From assembly GCA_047495785.1 (NCBI GenBank), contig JBLDXI010000051.1, positions 124,001-188,000 on the forward strand: a stretch of DNA of 64,000 bases, given 5' to 3'. Positions 59,253 through 64,000 of this stretch are shown in pieces. The notes beneath the pieces were generated by a model. That model was not told the DNA's origin. It searched no databases and worked only from the letters and a program-made list of their open reading frames with translations. A program made the translations under genes and the position numbers. The DNA comes from Lepidodermella squamata (taxonomy: Eukaryota; Animalia; Gastrotricha). How positions within the stretch are numbered: position 1 is the first letter of the stretch; each line of letters opens with the position of its first letter.

Positions 59253-61386
59253 TCGAATTCTTATTTCGGGTGAACTTCGGAGCAGGGCGAGCCGGGTTGG
59301 CTGCTTCCAAGGACTCTGCTATGCCGGGAAAGCTCGACACGAAAAGGTTCGTAATAGTGGCGTTAACTAGCACAGCCATATTCGCATTCTTCCCAGCTTG
59401 CCGGGCTTGTTCCAGCATGGTTGTCATGCAGGCCGCCATCTTGCCGAGAAACGCGTACAAATCGGCTGTTGTCACCGGTCGCGAACCTTGACCTTGACCT
59501 TCAGCTGCGGCTTGATCCTGCTTGGCTGCTTCGAGCTTCTTCTGACGACGCTTCATGTTCTTCTTCTGCGATTTCGACGGCGACTTGACAAAATCGGCAC
59601 CAAGTGGACGGTTTTGGCCAGAGGCCTGCGAGCCCTCCTGTCCACGAGCCTGCAGCTCAGGTCCTGTCTTCGATGACGATGACGACGACACCTGCTGCTT
59701 CGAAGAATTATCCTCGACTCGCTTCTTTGTGGACTCGCTCAACTTCGACTGCTTCTGCTTCTGCTGCTGCTGCTGAAGTTCGGCTTTCCTCGTCTCGTAC
59801 ATCTCCTGCCTCTTCTTCTTGAAGACCGGGCATGAACGATGGCCAGAGGGGTGCGGCCTGACTGTATTGTCGCACAGCGAGCAAACCTTGACTGGATCCT
59901 CCTTCTTCGGGCACTCCGGCGCCCCACGCGAATGGCCAGCTTGAGCACAGTCAGCACAGCGTAACTCATTGTCGCACCGGGTGGCTGGGTGGCCGATACA
60001 CTGGCAGCGATTGCAAATGACCGGGCCCTTGTGGGTTTTCGGATGCCTAAAGTTCAGAAGCTTGCCGCAGAACGTGAAACCGCCCTCAAACTCCTTGACG
60101 AAGGTTGCTCGTTCCTCCGACTCGAATTCCATCAGCACTGGAAAGTGCCTGGGTCGCTTACTGCTCAACTTGACAACTCGCTTGACGCCGTAGTCCTTCA
60201 TGTACTCGAGGATTTCTTCTGCGGTCCAATCGCTCGACAGAGAGTCGGTAATCAGCTTATGCTTCTCAACAATTATCACATTGTCGACGGCCCTTCCCTT
60301 CTCGTCGAAAACCTTTCCTGACGGAGCATGGCAGACAGCGCCTCCAAAGGCAGGCTTCGAGTTGAGCCCCCAGTAAGTCGAGCGCTTGATCGACTCCGCC
60401 GAGAAAGCAGAACCGCAGACCAGCATCAGCCCGCCGCGCTGAAGCGTGCTAAAGCTCTTGATCACAGCTCCCGGTGCGATGCGATCAACCTCCTTCAACA
60501 CGGCTTTTTCGGTCGGCTTGCCAAAAGACAACGGGATCCGATCGATCATAACAATCTTAGCAGCATCTTCCTTCTTCCTCTCACCAGACTTCTTGTTCCG
60601 TCGTTGTTTCTTCTTCTTCGACTCCACCTTCGTGAAACCTTGATCCTGACCTGCTGCATCCTCCTTGTCCACATCCATGTCGGCATCGTCATCGTCGTCA
60701 TCCTCAGACAGGTTGAGATCTGCCTCAAGCTCCTTCAGAGGAATACGAGGCGACGGGCCAGCTTTGTTACGGGCCGACTTGTGGGGCAGTTCCTCCTCAC
60801 CTTCGTCATCGCTCAGTTGTGACATCGGTACGGTCTGGGTGATACCGCCAGGCTGCGAGTTAGTTTTCGCCTGCCTTTTGGCGCCACCCGTGGCCGTAGC
60901 ATTCCCCCTCTGGGTTTTACCAGAAGTAGGATTGCCTCCACCTCGTAGGCGAAGAACCTGATGCAACACGCCAAGCGCCTCCGGTGGGTCGCCTTGTCGG
61001 TTCTCAGCCCTCTGAGCTTTTAGCTCAAGATTGCGAGGATCTCCGACAGCTGGAACTACTCCCATAGCCTCTATCCTTGCTAAAGGCTGGTGCTCGTTAT
61101 TCGGGCCATAGGCCGTCGAACAACGAGGATCTCCAGCCGGAGCCGGACAGGGGAGCATCGCTCTGCCAACTTGGGGTCCTTCAAGGATCCAACCAAGGGC
61201 TTCGGGGACTCCTCGCGAAGCAGTGGCCGTCCGATGGACTTGCTTGCAATCGCAAGGCTTGACCTTGCCCGCTGAGCGGGCAGACCGATCAGAGTCGGAG
61301 CTCATCTCGGTGGAACAAACTACTATGCCCCTATGAAGTCCAGACATACTGGCTTCGCTTTTCATGCAGGGAAAGGGAATGCCCAA
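59239..61386 (-). CDS. E3 ORF1, about 715 aa: 150-aa leader ending LHQVLRLRGG + gag-like region with three knuckles
   Basis: CNRCQCIGHPATRC, CADCAQAGHSRGAPEC, CSLCDNTVRPHPSGHRSC. Start codon uncertain (tracked start is non-ATG; a Met follows 7 codons later). Confidence 0.9.
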   Translation of the reverse strand: MGIPFPCMKSEASMSGLHRGIVVCSTEMSSDSDRSARSAGKVKPCDCKQVHRTATASRGVPEALGWILEGPQVGRAMLPCPAPAGDPRCSTAYGPNNEHQPLARIEAMGVVPAVGDPRNLELKAQRAENRQGDPPEALGVLHQVLRLRGGGNPTSGKTQRGNATATGGAKRQAKTNSQPGGITQTVPMSQLSDDEGEEELPHKSARNKAGPSPRIPLKELEADLNLSEDDDDDDADMDVDKEDAAGQDQGFTKVESKKKKQRRNKKSGERKKEDAAKIVMIDRIPLSFGKPTEKAVLKEVDRIAPGAVIKSFSTLQRGGLMLVCGSAFSAESIKRSTYWGLNSKPAFGGAVCHAPSGKVFDEKGRAVDNVIIVEKHKLITDSLSSDWTAEEILEYMKDYGVKRVVKLSSKRPRHFPVLMEFESEERATFVKEFEGGFTFCGKLLNFRHPKTHKGPVICNRCQCIGHPATRCDNELRCADCAQAGHSRGAPECPKKEDPVKVCSLCDNTVRPHPSGHRSCPVFKKKRQEMYETRKAELQQQQQKQKQSKLSESTKKRVEDNSSKQQVSSSSSSKTGPELQARGQEGSQASGQNRPLGADFVKSPSKSQKKNMKRRQKKLEAAKQDQAAAEGQGQGSRPVTTADLYAFLGKMAACMTTMLEQARQAGKNANMAVLVNATITNLFVSSFPGIAESLEAANPARPAPKFTRNKNSNDLR

Positions 61387-61634
61387 ACCCTGAGTTACTC
61401 GGACGAAGCGTAGTACGCTAAACCTCGGTGAGAAAACACTAATAGCCTACGCCTATACTATAAGAAGCCTATCTCGCGATCTCAGGAGAGAGGGCTTGAT
61501 AAGGCAGCGAATAGTAAGAGGAGTGCTAGCAGTGCTACTTTTATCAAATCAAATGAAGCAATATCAGAATAATCCGAACTTTGCGTTAAAACACTTTGAT
61601 CATAGCCAAAAAGGCCGAGAAGCGAGCCGAGTTG

Positions 61635-61860
61635 CCACTAGTGTTAGCAAGATTGCTCTTATAGTACGTTGCGTTATATTCAGGCAGAAGGCCAGAGAAG
61701 AACTTATATTATTTTGTATAGGAATGACTGATTTAATGAGCGACAGCGCGTATATGGTCAACGCGAAACCAAGCTAATAAGAGAAATAGAGTTGCAAAGT
61801 TAGTTATTTAATGAGCCAATGTGCGCGTTCTAGTAGCTACACTAGAAAGCGTGTCGACAG
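61635..61860 (-). repeat. 226-bp 5'-terminal module of E3, identical to that of E2
   Basis: See 30128-30353. Confidence 0.93.
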
Positions 61861-62972
61861 TAACCTCAGAAAATTTAATATTCAATCGCAGATATTTACC
61901 ATAAATTTGCAAAAATTTTGCCGGTATCCGCCGGTTTTTTTCCAAATCGTTCACTTTTTTGGCCCAAAATCGAGGAGTCCTAAGGCATAGGAACGCGGAA
62001 AAATTTCCTATGAGTCGATCGAGAAGCGCTGATCTTAAAACCGCGGCTGAATGATGAAGGATTCTGAGTAATTCTACAGCCGGAAAATGTCAAATTTCAT
62101 TGTTCGAAAAATTGACCTCGTTAAATTGTCTCGGTTGCGCAACAATGTAACATCTGGCACAATCGAAGTAAACAAATCCCATTGCGTAACACAGTAAGTT
62201 GATGGTAAACGAGTTCCGCTGTTCTCAGGTGCCATTTTTTGCGTACAATTCGGTTTTTCAAGCGGTTTTTTTTATAGGATAGCAAGGAATAAGCGGGATC
62301 GTGTTCGCCTCGTATTCATCGCCTCGTAATCATCGCCTTTTGTGTAATCGCCTCAAACTCTAACACAGGTACTCTTATGAGACGACAGCGCGTAATATTT
62401 ATATAAAACGCTGCTGCAGGAAAAGCATATGCAATTAATGCGGCGCCACTCAGCTCTACTATCGTGAGAGCTGACGGCCGTAAAAGTTGTGCGCTGTGTT
62501 ATATACTACAGGGTTTGTCAGTTGTAGATAAGCGAATTTATTCCTTGTCGACACTGCAAATGGCTGCGACTAGTTGGTTATCGTCCGCTCTTAAAACAGC
62601 GGTCGTGGCACACTGAAACGCGCCAGTCAGGTGTATCTAGCATATACTGGTCGATGCGCTATGAAATCCTAATTATACGCACTAGTATAATTTCTCCCGG
62701 CCGCTGTCGAAGCGACTGGTTTTGTAGAGTTGCAATTTGCTGCCGGCTGTCTAAGCCGAAGGCCGCTGTAGAAGTGGCAATTCTTTTGGCTTCCTAAGCC
62801 ACAGTATAACAAGGATGGATGGCAAATATATCGACCGGGAAGTGCGAAATGCAACAGACGGCAAAGTTATTGGTAAAAATATATACCTCTAACCTTGATG
62901 CTATGACGTAAAGCGCTAGTTGCTGTTTTTCTAAAAAACGGCGACAGGCGTCGTAAAGCAACTCGGATTGGT

Positions 62973-63898
62973 ATTCTGGTTGATCCTGCCAGTTGTCACA
63001 TGCTTGTCTCAAAGATTAAGCCATGCATGTCTAAGTACACACTACGGCAAAGTGAAACTGCGAACGGCTCATTAAATCAGTTATGGTTTATTAGATCGTG
63101 CCTATCACGTGGATAACTGTGGTAATTCTAGAGCTAATACATGCAACTAGCCCTGACTTACGGAGGGGCGCTTTTATTAGATCAAAATCAATCGGCTTCG
63201 GCCGTTTTTGTGATGACTCTGGATAACTTTTGCCGACCGCATGGCCTTGCGCTGGCGGCGTATCTTTCAAATGTCTGCCCTATCAACTTTCGATGGTAGG
63301 TGACATGCCTACCATGGTTGTAACGGGTAACGGAGAATCAGGGTTCGATTCCGGAGAGGGAGCCTGAGAAACGGCTACCACATCCAAGGAAGGCAGCAGG
63401 CGCGCAAATTACCCACTCCCGACACGGGGAGGTAGTGACGAAAAATAACAATGCTGGGCTTCAAGTCCGGTAATTGGAATGAGTACACTTTAAATCCTTT
63501 AACGAGGATCTAGTGGAGGGCAAGTCTGGTGCCAGCAGCCGCGGTAATTCCAGCTCCACGAGCATGTACGTAAGTTGTTGCAGTTAAAAAGCTCGTAGTT
63601 GGATCTCAGGCTTGTGGCCGGTGGTCCGCTCGATACGGGTGTGCACTGCCGTGCCCGGTCTACGTCTGGTTTACAACCTATAGTGCTCTTAACCGGGTGC
63701 TATAGGCTGCCAGAAAGTTTACTCTGAAAAAATTAGAGTGCTTAAAGCAAGCCGTTTGTGCTTGAATACTGTTGCATGGAATAATAGAATAGGACCTCGG
63801 ATCTATTTTGTTGGTTTTCGGAGTCGAGGTAATGATTAAGAGGGACAGACGGGGGCATTCGTATTGCGCCGTTAGAGGTGAAATTCTTGGATCGGCGC

Positions 63899-63957
<59 letters not shown>

Positions 63958-64000
63958 CAGAGGTTCGAAGACGATCAGATACCGTCGTAGTTCTGACCAT
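62973..64000 (+). rRNA. 18S rRNA (unit 6, partial)
   Basis: Copy of the unit 1 18S, truncated by the window end. Confidence 0.97.

Larger units (their letters stand above)
56148..61860 (-). mobile_element. Full-length non-LTR retrotransposon E3 (5,713 bp) in the rDNA spacer
   Basis: ORF1 + APE-RT ORF2; TAACCT duplicated at 56142-56147 and 61861-61866 (6-bp TSD). Confidence 0.95.

Overview
This is a eukaryotic (metazoan, probably protostome) tandem 45S rDNA array. The unit is about 8,459 bp: 18S-ITS1-5.8S-ITS2-28S on +, with a 5S gene on - in the spacer. Five complete units and the start of a sixth are present. Four retroelements interrupt the array. Three different APE-RT (Jockey/I/R1-group-like) non-LTR retrotransposons (E1 1-6879 partial, E2 23834-30353, E3 56148-61860) lie antisense at one spacer locus (GATAC-TAACCT-CAGAAAATT), about 1.1 kb upstream of 18S. 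The fourth is a 397-bp non-coding element with an 11-bp TSD in the 28S peptidyl-transferase loop (E. coli U2449 equivalent); it carries an HDV-like ribozyme whose P1 stem is completed by flanking 28S sequence. Most striking: (i) ORF1 of E1 and E3 contains the ubiquitin C-terminal motif VLRLRGG between a leader (a 1,200-aa membrane-like leader in E1) and the gag-like domain, suggesting host-deubiquitinase processing; (ii) E2 and E3 have divergent proteins but an identical 226-bp 5' module; (iii) the ribozyme element targets a non-R1/R2 28S site. Caveat: PacBio barcode-like 17-mers at 30985 and 43710 and many indels in units 3-4 show that part of the assembly is low quality. rRNA ends are estimated by eye.
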